64,000 nt of DNA from Macrostomum lignano. Lineage: Eukaryota. The DNA lies in contig NIVC01001110.1 in the NCBI GenBank assembly GCA_002269645.1, positions 62,001-126,000 of the forward strand, given 5' to 3'. The notes below the pieces were generated by a model, which ran no database searches, was not told the origin of the DNA, and worked only from the letters and a program-made list of their open reading frames with translations. Shown in pieces: positions 1 to 13,135 of the stretch. The number at the start of each line of letters is the position of its first letter. Positions within the stretch are counted from its first letter, which is position 1. The translations under genes and the position numbers were made by a program.

Positions 1-335
1 AATGTAGATCAGGATCGGAGACTGTGGGTCAGGATTGGAGCTGAATGTGGGTCAGGATCGGAGAATGTGGGTCAGGATCGGAGAATGTGGGTCAGGATCA
101 GAGAATGTGGGTCAGGATCGGAGAATGTGGGTCAGGATCGGAGAATGTGAGTCAGGATCAGAGAATGTGGGTCAGGATCGGAGAATGTGGGTCAGGATCG
201 GAGAATGTGGGTCAGGATCGGAGAATGTGGGTCAGGATCGGAGAATGTGGGTCAGGATCGGAGAATGTGGGTCAGGATCGAGGAATGTAGGTCAGGATCA
301 GAGAATGAGGGTCCAGAATCGGAGAATATGGGTCC
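1..335. repeat. 20-bp minisatellite GAGAATGTGGGTCAGGATCG (runs off the window start)
   Basis: Tandem units are visible directly. Confidence 0.95.
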
Positions 336-1164
336 AGAATCGGAGAATATTATCCTCATCTTATTCTCATAAAAATGGCAAATCCCTAAGGCGCCCCTAA
401 AAAAACTGGGAAGATTTTTTCCAACAAAAATTCTCCCCCCGCTCGCTGCCAATCCCGCTGCCCCATCGGGTTGCGCAACCGCTCCGAGTGGCTGAGGCAA
501 AAGGGCGGAATGGGAGAAGCGCCAGAGCCTATTGGACTCCGCGATGCGGAGGGGAGGAACTGAGGAAAAACTGTTTTGGGAGCTTTTTGTCCAATGAGGC
601 TGTCTGCTTGACCCGGCCTTCCTACAGTGTCCATCGAGTTACGGAAGACCCGACAGGCGTGGCTTCGGTTGCATCATCGCCCGGCTCCGACCGGAGGGGC
701 CCTGGCTATGGGGGGACGGCAGACCTCAGCCAATCCTGAAGCGGCATATCAGGCCGTGGCAAGTGTGAGGCCCCTGCTAAATAACCTCCACCCCGCTGGA
801 GAGCTTGAAGAAAAAGAGAGACAGACCAGAAAGAGACGAAGGCACACAGAGAAGCAGATCAGTAGTCACCGGACAGAAAAAGCAATAAGATAGCGGCTTC
901 AAAAACGAGCACCAGAAATCGCCAGCCACCCCAGCAAAGAAGATCTGCGCAGCCGCTACCTCTGAGCTGACTCAGGCCTGCAGCTGAGCCGCGTTGCGTC
1001 AGAGTCTGCGAGCAGGGACGACTGGAAAACTCTTTTTAAAGAGTCTTTAACTGTGACTGTGACTCACGTTTCTGCTTGAGTCTGCTTTGACCACTTCTAT
1101 TCTCGTTGTCAAGTTCGTTTGTGTAAGTATGGCCGACTTCTAAAGTATTCATTATCTTGTCATC

Positions 1165-1530
1165 CGCTTCCTAATCCGCTCTTAAATCCGCTCCTGAATC
1201 CGCTCCGGAATCCGCTCTTAAATCCGCTCCCCAATCCGGTCTCCAATCTGCTTTTAAATTCGCTCCCGAATCCGCTCCCGAATCCGCTCCCGAATCCGCT
1301 CCCGAATCCGCTCCCGAATCCGCTCCCGAATCCGCTCCTGAATCCGCTCCCGAATCCGCTCCCGAATCCGCTCCGAATCCGCTCCCGAATCCGCTCCCGA
1401 ATCCGCTCCCGAATCCGCTCCCGAATCCGCTCCCGAATCCGCTCCCGAATCCGCTCCCGAATCCGCTCCCGAATCCGCTCCCGAATCCGCTCCCGAATCC
1501 GCTCCCGAATCCGCTCCCGAATCCGCTCCC
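1165..1530. repeat. 12-bp tandem CCGCTCCCGAAT
   Basis: Tandem units are visible directly, upstream of hb. Confidence 0.95.
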
Positions 1531-1619
1531 TCACCAGTTCTCACATCCAGTCTCTCATCCACAGCTAAAAGTCACGAACTCAACTCTCCAATAATTTCTA
1601 ACGCAGGCATCGGTGCGGC

Positions 1620-2359
1620 ATGTTCGCGATGACTGCCACCTCAATTGGAGGAGGCGCAGCCGCGGCCGGGTCGGGGCCGGCCAGCGCCGCGACGGCAGCT
1701 GCCAGACGCGCGGCGGAGGCTCGAGCGGCCGAGGCGGCGGCCGAAGCGGCAGCAGAGGCAGCGCTGCGGAGTCGCTACGGCCGGCGCTGCGGGGTGGCGG
1801 CCTCCGCCGTCTCAGGTGCCGCCGCTTCAGCGCCGAACTGCGGCGGCAGCTCGGAGGCGTCTCCTGCTTTGAACTCGAAAGCCACTGCAGCCTCCACACC
1901 GCAGAGGTGGCAGCCTCATCAGCCCCAGTCTCAGCCGCAGCCGCTATCGCCGCACCAGCTGTTGTCAATGCCATTTCCGCCATCGGTTTTGCCTCCGCTG
2001 TTTCCGGCATCAATGTCCTTGCCTCCGCTGCCGCAGCAACAACAGCAGCATCCCATGCATCATCATCAGCACAGCCAGCAGCAGCCGCAGTACCAGCAGC
2101 TGCATCACGACAGCCTGACCCAATCTTTTCCGGAAACTTCGGAGCATGAAAACGAATCGATTCAACGAGATTCAGAGTGGTAAGTTTTCAGTGCAAAATT
2201 GCTTCCCTATCCGGTAAGAAACCCAGTCAGCTTCTTCAAAATACCTAACAAAAAATACCTAAAACAAAACGCTGGCCCCAAGTACGATGCTTCAATGAAA
2301 AAGCAGTCAAAACAGAAGCAGACAGTCAGCCAGCCAGCCAGACAGACAGCCAGCCAGCC

Positions 2360-2444
<85 letters not shown>

Positions 2445-5400
2445 TTTAATGCAATGCTTTCAACTCTTCAGCAACGGCACTGAGGCCCATTCCGTGCAGT
2501 CAGCGCCTGTGTTCTCGCCGGCTCATCACGTCGCTGCCGCTGCCACCTCTGCCGCCTGCTCAACCGCCACACCGCCGGAGCGGATGCGCACCTGCGAGAT
2601 CGACGAGCCCGGCGTTTCAACAACAGCCGTAGCGGCCTGCGGCGGCGGCGGCGCACTGGCTGTCATCGACGAAAAAAGTCCCAGTTTGGAGTCGCTACGC
2701 TCCTCGGCTCCCGACGAGGACCTTCGGCGACGTCGACAACTCAGCAGTAGCGGCGGCGAGGAGCTGAGCGATCCACCGGCCGGCCAGCGGCGACCGGGCG
2801 GTGACGAATTCGCCGATGCCGACCTGGGCGAGGTTGGCGACTTCGACGACGATGATGATGGCGATCTGGACGACATGGACGACGAAATTGACGATGGCGA
2901 CGAATTGGAAGACGACTGCGGCGGCGACGCGTCGACAGCGGCGGAGGAAGACGAGGAGTACCGTCGGCTGATGGAGGCCGCTGAGCCCGACCGGGCCGGC
3001 GTGTACTTTTGTCACCTGTGCGATTTCACCGGTGAGTGCTGACTGCGCTCTCTTGCTCTGATCTCTCTCGCCGCTCACTCTGATCTCTCGCCGCTCACTC
3101 TGATCTCTCGCCGCTCACTCTGATCTCTCGCCGCTCACTCTGATCTCTCGCCGCTCTCTCCGATCTCTCGCCGCTCTCCCGATCTCTCGCCGCTCTCTCT
3201 GATCTCTCGCCGCTCACTCTGATCTCTCGCCGCTCTCTCTGATCTCTGGCCGCTCTCTCTGATCTCTGGCCGCTCACTCTGATCTCTCGCCGCTCACTCT
3301 GATCTCTCGCCGCTCACTCTGATCTCTCGCCGCTCTCTCTGATCTCTCGCCGCTCTCTCCGATCTCTCGCCGCTCACTCTGATCTCTCGCCGCTCACTCT
3401 GATCTCTCGCCGCTCACTCTGATCTCTGGCCGCTCTATCTGATCTCTCGCCGCTCACTCTGATCTCTCGCCGCTCACTCTGATCTCTGGCCGCTCTATCT
3501 GATCTCTGGCCGCTCTATCTGATCTCTCGCCGCTCTCTCTGATCTCTGGCCGCTCTCTCTGATCTCTAGCCGCTCTATCTGATCTCTGGCCGCTCTATCT
3601 GATCTCTGGCCGCTCTATCTGATCTCTCGCCGCTCTCTCTGATCTCTCGCCGCTTTCCCGATCTCTCGCCGCTCTCTCCGATCTCTCGCCGCTCTCTCTG
3701 ATCTCTAGCCGCTCTATCTGATCTCTGGCCGCTCTATCTGATCTCTAGCCGCTCTATCTGATCTCTCGCCGCTCTCTGTGATCTCTCGCCGCTTTCCCGA
3801 TCTCTCGCCGCTCTCTCCGATCTCTCGCCGCTCTCTCTGATCTCTAGCCGCTCTATCTGATCTCTGGCCGCTCTATCTGATCTCTCGCCGCTCTCTCTGA
3901 TCTCTAGCCGCTCTCTCCTATCTCTCGCCGCTCTCTCTGATCTCTCGCCGCTCTCTCTGATCTCTCGCCGCTCACTCTGATCTCTCGCCGCTCACTCTGA
4001 TCTCTGGCCGCTCTATCTGATCTCTCGCCGCTCACTCTGATCTCTGGCCGCTCTCTCTGATCTCTGGCCGCTCTATCTGATCTCTGGCCGCTCTATCTGA
4101 TCTCTCGCCGCTTTCCCGATCTCTCGCCGCTCTCTCTGATCTCTCGCCGCTCTCTCCGATCTCTCGCCGCTCTCCCGATCTCTCGCCGCTCTCTCCGATC
4201 TCTCGCCGCTCTCTCCGATCTCTCGCCGCTCTATTTGATCTCTGACCGCTCTCTCTGATCTCTGGCCGCTCTCTCTGATCTCTCGCCGCTCTATCTGATC
4301 TCTCGCCGCTCACTCTGATCTCTGGCCGCTCTATCTGATCTCTGGCCGCTCTATCTGATCTCTCGCCGTTCTCTCTGATCTCTCGCCGTTCTCTCTGATC
4401 TCTCGCCGCTCTCTCTGATATCTGGCCGCTCTCTCTGATCTCTCGCCGCTCACTCTGATCTCTCGCCGTTCTCTCTGATCTCTCGCCGCTCTCTCTGATC
4501 TCTCGCCGCTCTCTCTGATCTCTCTCACTGCTCTCTCTGAAGTCCTTCGACCCCTCTTTCACATAGACCTAATTTTAACAAATCGCAGAATGAAACATTT
4601 TATGGTCCATTATTCATCTATAGTAATTATAAGGTAATCTTACTAATTCCCTGACGTATTAAAACGGGTATTATACAAGCTACATACGATGAACGCTTAG
4701 TACGCGGGGTGTTAATTCCCAGCTTAGCGAGACGTAGCAAAATTTTGCATACGAAATTTCATTCAGCCTTACTTTATTTAGAAATCTTGGAACAATAAAA
4801 CAATGTAAAAAGTGTTGTAGCCACAAGACAACCTCGGTGAGTCAGAGATTGCGCAATACAACCAGTGAATCCAAAAGTCGTGCCGGCAGTTGTTGCCCCA
4901 TACATCCAGTAAGCTTGCATCCGAGTCTTGCCAGTGAGCCAAAACAGACTTTGCGCTCAATTTCTCAGTGCAAAACGAAGCCATTCTGCTAATGCCATTG
5001 ACTCCGAGAGATTCTCAGTCTGGAGTTCTCTGTCTCAGTTCTGGAGTTCTCTGTCTCAGTTCTGGAGTTCTCTGTCTCAGCTCTGGAGTTCTCTGTCTCA
5101 GTTGTGGAGTTCTCTGTCTCAGTTCCGGAGTTCTCTGTCTCAGTTCCGGAGTTCTCTGTCTCAGTTCCGGAGTTCTCTGTCTCAGTTCTGGAGTTCTCTG
5201 TCTCAGTTCTGGAGTTCTCTGTCTCAGTTTTGGAGTTCTCTGTCTCAGTTCTGGAGTTCTCTGTCTCAGTTGTGGAGTTCTCTGTCTCAGTTCTTGAGTT
5301 CTCTGTCTCAGTTCTGGAGTTCTCTGTCTCAGTTCTGGAGTTCTCTGTCTCAGTTGTGGAGTTCTCTGTCTCAGAGCTGGAGTTCTCTGTCTCAGCTCTG

Positions 5401-8400
5401 GAGTTCTCTGTCTCAGTTCTGGAGTTCTCTGTCTCAGTTCTGGAGTTCTCTGTCTCAGCTCTGGAGTTCTCTGTCTCAGTTGTGGAGTTCTCTGTCTCAG
5501 TTCCGGAGTTCTCTGTCTCAGTTCCGGAGTTCTCTGTCTCAGTTCCGGAGTTCTCTGTCTCAGTTCCGGAGTTCTCTGTCTCAGTTCTGGAGTTCTCTGT
5601 CTCAGTTCTGGAGTTCTCTGTCTCAGTTTTGGAGTTCTCTGTCTCAGTTCTGGAGTTCTCTGTCTCAGTTGTGGAGTTCTCTGTCTCAGTTCTTGAGTTC
5701 TCTGTCTCAGTTCTGGAGTTCTCTGTCTCAGTTCTGGAGTTCTCTGTCTCAGTTGTGGAGTTCTCTGTCTCAGAGCTGGAGTTCTCTGTCTCAGCTCTGG
5801 AGTTCTCTGTCTCAGTTCTTGAGTTCTCTGTCTCAGTTCTTGAGTTCTCTGTCTCAGTTCTGGAGTTCTCTGTCTCAGTTCTGGAGTTCTCTGTCTCAGT
5901 TCTTGAGTTCTCTGTCTCAGTTGTGGAGTTCTATGTCTCAGTTCTTGAGTTCTCTGTCTCAGTTCTTGAGTTCTCTGTCTCAGTTCTTGAGTTCTCTGTC
6001 TCAGTTCTGGAGTTCTCTGTCTCAGTTGTGGAGTTCTCTGTCTCAGTTGTGGAGTTCTCTGTCTCAGTTCTGGAGTTCTCTGTCTCAGTTGTGGAGTTCT
6101 CTGTCTCAGTTCCGGAGTTCTCTGTCTCAGTTCTGGAGTTCTCTGTCTCAGTTCTTGAGTTCTCTGTCTCAGTTCTTGAGTTCTCTGTCTCAGTTCTTGA
6201 GTTCTCTGTCTCAGTTCCGGAGTTCTCTGTCTCAGTTCTTGAGTTCTCTGTCTCAGTTCCGGAGTTCTCTGTCTCAGTTCTGGAGTTCTCTGTCTCAGTT
6301 CTTGAGTTCTCTGTCTCAGTTGTGGAGTTCTCTGTCTCAGTTCTTGAGTTCTCTGTCTCAGTTGTGGAGTTCTCTGTCTCAGTTCTTGAGTTCTCTGTCT
6401 CAGTTCCGGAGTTCTCTGTCTCAGTTCCGGAGTTCTCTGTCTCAGTTCTGGAGTTCTCTGTCTCAGTTGTGGAGTTCTCTGTCTCAGTTCTTGAGTTCTC
6501 TGTCTCAGTTCCGGAGTTCTCTGTCTCAGTTCCGGAGTTCTCTGTCTCAGTTCTTGAGTTCTCTGTCTCAGTTCTGGAGTTCTCTGTCTCAGTTGTGGAG
6601 TTCTCTGTCTCAGAGCTGGAGTTCTCTGTCTCAGTTCTTGAGTTCTCTGTCTCAGTTCCGGAGTTCTCTGTCTCAGTTCTTGAGTTCTCTGTCTCAGTTC
6701 TTGAGTTCTCTGTCTCAGTTCCGGAGTTCTCTGTCTCAGTTCTTGAGTTCTCTGTCTCAGTTCTTGAGTTCTCTGTCTCAGTTCTGGAGTTCTCTGTCTC
6801 AGTTGTGGAGTTCTCTGTCTCAGAGCTGGAGTTCTCTGTCTCAGTTCTTGAGTTCTCTGTCTCAGTTCCGGAGTTCTCTGTCTCAGTTCTTGAGTTCTCT
6901 GTCTCAGTTCTTGAGTTCTCTGTCTCAGTTCTGGAGTTCTCTGTCTCAGTTGTGGAGTTCTCTGTCTCAGTTCCGGAGTTCTCTGTCTCAGTTCTGGAGT
7001 TCTCTGTCTCAGTTGTGGAGTTCTCTGTCTCAGTTGTGGAGTTCTCTGTCTCAGTTGTGGAGTTCTCTGTCTCAGTTGTGGAGTTCTCTGTCTCAGTTGT
7101 GGAGTTCTCTGTCTCAGTTTTGGAGTTCTCTGTCTCAGTTGTGGAGTTCTCTGTCTCAGTTATGGAGTTCTCTGTCTCAGTTGTGGAGTTCTCTGTCTCA
7201 GTTTTGGAGTTCTCTGTCTCAGTTCCCGACTTCTCTGTCTCAGTTCTTGAGTTCTGTGTCTCAGATTTGACAGTTTTTCAATACTGGCATTCACTTTTAA
7301 TCCTCAAATTGTTTAATTGTTAAATTGCCCAATTGGCCTGACAGTTGCACAATTAAATTGGCTTTGAACTCTCACCGATAGGCGGCAATCGAGATGCATT
7401 CAAAGTGCACATGGGCACTCACTACGATTATCAGTGCCCCAGCTGCGACTACCGGTCCAGGACAGAGGGCCGGCTTCGGCGGCACATCAAAGACTTTCAC
7501 GCGGAGGTGCCGCCTGAGAACTACTCTGGCAAACCGTCCGCAACCCGCGTGAGCCGGCCGAAACTGCACCGCTGCAAGCAGTGCTCCTTCGTCACCGAAG
7601 AGAAAGAGGCCTTCTGGCAGCACTCTCGCGGCCACATCAAGGACGAGAAGCTGCTGGAGTGCCCTCGCTGCCCTTTCGTCACGGAGTACAAGCACCACCT
7701 GGAGTACCACATCCGCAACCATTTCGGCTCCAAGCCGTTCAAATGCGGCAAGTGCAACTACCAGTGCGTGAACAAGTCCATGCTGAACTCGCACATGAAG
7801 TCGCACACCAACGTGTACCAGTACCGCTGCCTGCACTGCAGCTACGCCACCAAGTACTGCCACTCGCTCAAGCAGCACCTGCGCAAGTACGGCCACCGCC
7901 CAGCCACCATCCTCAATGCAGACGGCAGCCTGCCCGACTCGGAGGCCGCCCAGGAGCTCATGGGACTGCGGATGGCGGCCAAAGCGGCAGCGGCTGCGGG
8001 CGGCGGCAGCACAGGATGCGGCGCCAAGCAGCAGCAGCAGCAGCGGCAGCAGAAGCAGCAACAGACCAGACAGCAAAAGCAACACCAGCAACAACAACAA
8101 AAACAACAGCAGCAGCAGCAGCAACTTCACAGGCCGCAGCCTTTGCTGCCGCCTATGCCGCCAGTTTCAACATCGCAGCCGCTGCCTCAGCTTCCTCCGC
8201 TGCCGCCTCCGCCGCCCCCGCCGCCGCCAGCGCCGCCGCAGTCTCTCTGCTGGCCTCTGCCGCCCGGATTCTTTCCAAGCCACCTTCTGCCGGGTTTTCC
8301 TCGCTCCGGCGGCCCGCCGCCGTTTCCGCCGCCGCTTCCCCAAATGCCGCCTGGACCGCTGCATCACCATCAGCAGGCTCCAGCATCAATGGCTTCATTA

Positions 8401-9180
8401 GAGTCGCAGTATCTGCAGCATCAGCAGCAAGCGCAGCTCGGCCACCGCCCCAGCCAGATGCTGCCGGCCTTCAGCGCGCACCCATCTGTGTCCGCCGCAG
8501 CCATGGCGGCCGCGTTCGCCGCCGCTCTTCCGTCGCACCTTCGCGGAGGAATGCCGCTGCTCCGCCCGCCGCTCCCGCTGCTGCCGACGTCATCGACGGC
8601 GCAGCCATCAACGTCCGTCGTATCATTGAAGTCGGAGCCGCAGCGGGCGCATCGTTCGACAGCGGCGCCGGGGGGGCCGCTCGACCTATCCGGATGCCGC
8701 CGTCCCTCCGGCCAGCTCAACGGCAACGGCGGAGTCGGCACCGGAGACGACACCTCCGCCGGCACCACCGAGGACAATGGTGACGCCGACAACCGCGGCA
8801 GCCCGGAGGCTGGGGTGTCGGCACCTTTCAACCTGGACGAGGCCGACCCGACGCCGTCCAGGACGCCTCACTTCAAGAAGCGCCTCCTGGAGCAGTTCGA
8901 CGACGACAGCATCGCCTCCGCCGCCGCCACCTCTACCGCGGATTCCTCGTCAACAGTTCAGCAAGTCGCGCCTTCATCGCCGACGCCGAACTCCGCGGTG
9001 GCCACCGAACGGCAGCAGGAGTGCCACTTCTGCGGCATCGTGTTCAAGGAGCCGCTGATGTTCGACCTGCACATGGGCTACCACGGCTACGAGAATCCGT
9101 TCAAGTGCAACCGCTGCGGCCTGGAGGCCCGCGACAGGCTGGACTTCTTCATCCACCTGGCCCGAAGTCCTCACCTGTGA
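1620..9180 (+). CDS. hb: Hunchback C2H2 zinc-finger transcription factor; exons 1620-2179, 2472-3031, 7382-9180 (2919 nt, 972 aa)
   Basis: The middle fingers match hunchback closely ([71 protein letters not shown]). They are followed by a C-box-like ATILNADGS and the C-terminal pair [21 protein letters not shown] / NPFKCNRCG...[10 protein letters not shown]. Intron 1 (gtaagt 2180 to ttcag 2471) is phase 2. Intron 2 (gtgagt 3032 to gatag 7381) is phase 1 and, once spliced, rebuilds finger 1 as [23 protein letters not shown]. Total length is divisible by 3. The start codon is less certain. Confidence 0.93.
2325..2443. repeat. (CAGA)n/(CAGC)n microsatellite in hb intron 1
   Basis: Visible directly. 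Confidence 0.9.
3055..4530. repeat. 20-bp minisatellite CTCTGATCTCTCGCCGCTC(A/T) in hb intron 2
   Basis: Tandem units with variants; the array starts about 25 nt after the donor. Confidence 0.95.
5018..7265. repeat. 21-bp minisatellite GAGTTCTCTGTCTCAGTT(C/G)TG in hb intron 2
   Basis: About 2.2 kb of 21-bp units with one variable triplet. This explains the 780-aa and 739-aa pseudo-ORFs. Confidence 0.97.
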
Positions 9181-9947
9181 CAAATCCCATTGGAAAATCC
9201 GCACTTAATTATGTTAGTAGTTTATGATCATCGCTCTTTGCCCCCAGCTGTTCAGAGTAGCAGAAGAAATCACCCTTGGCTGTTGTCAAATCATTTTTAA
9301 TTCTTTGCCCAGCAATTTTTTATGGATTGGCGGTTGGAAGCCGGGAGAGTCGGGGAGCTGACATCCTCTCAGCAACATCCGGTTCCGGCTTGTGCTCAGG
9401 AAATCATTAGCGACGCTGGTTGAGGAAGCCGCTAGCTGTGCTCAAATGACTCAAAGAGAATGCTCCCATGTTGCTTCTTTTAGTTATCTTTTTTCTTTGC
9501 CTCCGTTGCTTTTGTCGAATTTTTATTCGCGCAAGTTTCAGCAGCTGAAGCGCAGTTTGCTGTTCAGCATACAAATTCATATATTCATAGCCAAGCAATA
9601 TTTTCTCCCCTTGTGATTTGAAGGATTTAAGCTACTCGCCGCGAAACCAACTGATTAATTATTTTTCTGTGCATTATAATACGATTGAATTAATTAATAC
9701 TTGCGCTTTTCTATTCGATCAGTTCTGCATTAGGCCGGTCTGTTGAGCTGTTCATATTTTGCCATGGTTCAGTTTGCAATTTGCATTGCTTTAACACTAG
9801 CTTATGTAGTTTGAAATTTCACAGATTTGCACCACAAATATATGCATTGGTTTTGTTTGCATTGCATTGTCTATATGTCATCTGGTTAACAACCGTTTGT
9901 CTGAAAACCTCTAAACATAATGACTTTCTGTTACTGCATGTAATGAT

Positions 9948-10710
9948 GCACTGATTGGGGCACTGATTGGGGCACTGGTTGGGGCACTGATTGGGGCACT
10001 GATTGGGGCACTGATTGGGGCACTGATTGGGGCACTGATTGGGGCACTGATTGGGGCACTGATTGGGGCACTGATTGGGGCACTGATTGGGGCACTGATT
10101 GGGGCACTGATTGGGGCACTGATTGGGGCACTGATTGAGGCACTGATTGGGGCACTGATTGGGGCACTGATTGGGGCACTGATTGGGGCACTGATTGGGG
10201 CACTGGTTGGGGCACTGCATGATTTGGGCACTGATTGGGGCACTGATTAGGGCACTGATTGGGGCACTGATTGGGGCACTGATTGGGGCACTGATTGGGG
10301 CACTGATTGAGGCACTGATTGGGGCACTGATTGGGGCACTGATTGGGGCACTGATTGGGGCACTGATTGGGGCACTGATTGGGGCACTGGTTGGGGCACT
10401 GCATGATTTGGGCACTAGTTGGGGTCATTGTTTGATGCACTGGTTGGGGTAGTTGTATGAGGCACTGGTTGGGGTAGTTGTATGAGGTACTGGTTGAGGC
10501 ACTGGTTTGGGTAGTTGTTTGAGGCACTGGTTGGGGCACTGGTTGGGGTAGTTGTTTGATGCACTGGTTGGGTAGTTGTATGAGGCACTGGTTGGGGTAG
10601 TTGTTTGAGGCACTGGTTGGGGTAGTTGTTTGAGGCACTGGTTGAGGCACTGGTTGGGGTAGTTGTTTGAGGCACTGGTTGGGGCACTGGTTGGGGCACT
10701 GGTTGGAGTG
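9948..10710. repeat. 12-bp tandem GCACTGATTGGG, grading into a derived longer GCACTGGTTGGGGTAGTTGT(T/A)TGAG unit
   Basis: Visible directly. Confidence 0.95.
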
Positions 10711-12274
10711 CTGTTTAAGGCACCGAGAAGAGGTGTTTGCTAAGGCTCTGTAAGTGGCACTGTATGGGGCACTATTTAGACGTTGCTAAGGAACGCGCTT
10801 CTATATTCGCCTAAAATGGTGTCAATGTGTCAACGGTGTCAGCCTTAGGTTGCCAATGGCAACAACATCGATTGTAATGACAGTGGCACTTCCAGGGCAT
10901 AGTTGGATATTAACATGAGCACAATTTTTACAAGAGCACAAGAACAGTTTTTCTTGCCTTTCCAGGTTTTCTTTGTCACTTTGCTGTATGGTTAATTATC
11001 AAGCATTTGGTCTGGTCATTTCGAGTATCGGGGAGAAGGGGGGTTCTTATCTAGATAAGCTAATGCAGCTAAAAGTGCCATTGGGGTGGAATCCAGCATA
11101 TAGTCATATTTTGATAGTCGAACTATATTTATATCAAGAATGACTTGTTGTGTGTGAGACTTTATCGGCTTTAAAGCAGATTGATTGCATCATTGCTTCT
11201 GGCAATGATGGCAGAACTGCGGGCAAACACAGTATATATAGATAGATGCAGGAAATGTCACACACACCGCTCACATGCTATGGACAGACGGAGAGCCTCA
11301 ACTTTTCTTATTCCTTTTGGCTAAAAATGATTAGACAGACAGAAATAGAGCTGCAGTGTAACCTGTTGCGCAATGCTCAAGAGATAGGTAGAGCAGTATT
11401 TAGATTGCCCTGCATTGCTCTATGATTTTAGTATATACCTTCAACTGATATGAGCAGCAGTTTGGTCTGCACCACAGTCACAGATACTAAAATAACTAGC
11501 TAGATCGGCCACTCAAGGCATATAGATGATATAGGCTTAGTAAAACAACTTTCAGTTCAGTAGCAAATAAGAATGCATAAGCTATTTTATAAAAATGTAT
11601 AAGAAAGGCAGCTAAGATGACTTTGATAAGTTTAGAAGCCAAGCTTGCAGACGTTAAACAGCTTGCTAATTGGTTCAGCAATAATGTACATTAGCCAGTC
11701 CACTGAAATGTACATGCCAGCTTTAGGCTGGAATTCCGAGAAAGGCAATAAAAATTGGGGCGGGGCGGGACGTAGTGTGGAAAGGCGCGATTGGAGGGTT
11801 TAAGCTAGGGGCGGGGGGCAGAGTCAATAAATAAGCATTGGCTGTAAAAATACTTTTAAAAGTGCTTCTGTTTAACTTACTACTGAACTGAAAGTAGCTT
11901 ACACGCAACTGTGCTGAGTGGCCCATCCAGTTATTCTCGTATCTGCGGTCTGCACTCAGCGACTGTTTCAGTTTAGAATTCACTCGGTTTTTCTTTGTCA
12001 GCAACATCAGTTGAAGAACAGTTTATTTGTTCGTGCCTTAAAAGATTTCGGTTTCTATCAATGCTACTTGTAGTAGTTCAGTTTAAACATTAATTGCTGG
12101 ATTTATATATTTTAAAAAAAAAACCTTGAACGCAAAGAAGGTAAATACCGTATTATTGTAAAAAGCAATTATCTTTTAATAGCAAATTTTATTATTTAAT
12201 AGGCACCCCCCAGAAGCAATGTGGAGAAGCAGCCTCATTCAATATGCATAATTGTTTACTAAACTGAAGACTCA

Positions 12275-12868
12275 TATGGACGTATACGCACATACATATT
12301 CAAGCGGGCTAGTCCATATACATATGCGTATACAAGCCAACAAGTCCATATACATATGCATGTACAAGCCAACAAGTCCATATACATATGCGTATACAAG
12401 CCAACAAGTCCATATACACATGCATGTACAAGCTAACAAGTCCATATACACATGTATGTACAAGCCAACAAGTCCATATACATATGCATGTACAAGCCAA
12501 CAAGTCCATATACACATGCATGTACAAGCTAACAAGTCCATATACACATGCATGTACAAGCCAACAAGTCCATATACATATGCGTATACAAGCCAACAAG
12601 TCCATATACACATGCATGTACAAGCTAACAAGTCCATATACACATGTATGTACAAGCCAACAAGTCCATATACATATGCATGTACAAGCCAACAAGTCCA
12701 TATACACATGCATGTACAAGCTAACAAGTCCATATACACATGCATGTACAAGCTAACAAGTCCATATACATATACATGTACAAGCTAACAAGTCCATATA
12801 CATATACATGTACAAGCTAACAAGTCCATATACATATACATGTACAAGCTAACAAGTCCATATACATG
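12275..12868. repeat. 32-bp minisatellite ACAAGCCAACAAGTCCATATACACATGCATGT
   Basis: Visible directly. Confidence 0.95.
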
Positions 12869-12993
12869 TGGAGTCCGAGTTAGTCTTCAAAATAAGATAT
12901 GCGTGCATTTGAAAATTAATACTTTTCTAGATAACTGCATGTTGGCCTACTCACAAGTAGTAAAAAGCTGCTAATTGGCCATCCTAGTGCTAA

Positions 12994-13035
12994 CCAATCG
13001 CTGACAGTTTTCGCGCATATTTACGAATATAAAAG
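12994..13035 (+). promoter_or_regulatory. Candidate core promoter of the GPCR gene (CCAAT 12994-12998, TATAAAAG 13028-13035)
   Basis: Both motifs are read directly from the sequence, about 100 bp upstream of the ATG, with plausible spacing. Function is inferred. Confidence 0.4.
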
Positions 13036-13135
13036 TGCTCAGCGCGGCGGATCGGAAAGCCGCCCACTCGCCTTAAGGAGTTTTTTAGCCTGTTGCCATC
13101 GCTCTGGGGAGACTTTCATCAGAGGCGACAAACTG

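Noticed and set aside
400-960. GC-rich stretch with a faint likeness to a Penelope GIY-YIG C-terminus (EAAYQAVASVRPLLN)
   Set aside because: No GIY/YIG motifs or RT are present; the similarity is too weak.
4928-7323. 780-aa and 739-aa ORFs (SSLSQFW / EFSVSVL repeats)
   Set aside because: They are stop-free frames of a 21-bp minisatellite lying within hb intron 2.
7372-9227. Overlapping alternative-frame and antisense ORFs over hb exon 3, and similar ones over the GPCR, DHX9 and transposase exons
   Set aside because: These are expected shadows of GC-rich coding sequence and contain no recognisable motifs.
9282-9300. Possible Nanos response element in the hb 3' UTR (GTTGTCAAATCATTTTT)
   Set aside because: Box A (GTTGT) is present but box B (ATTGTA) is not, and I found no clear TGTANATA Pumilio site nearby.
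9819-12788. Cys/Pro/Asn-rich and Tyr/His-rich ORFs (CPNQ, PISA, YTCMYK repeats)
   Set aside because: They are translations of the 12-bp and 32-bp arrays and are open on both strands.
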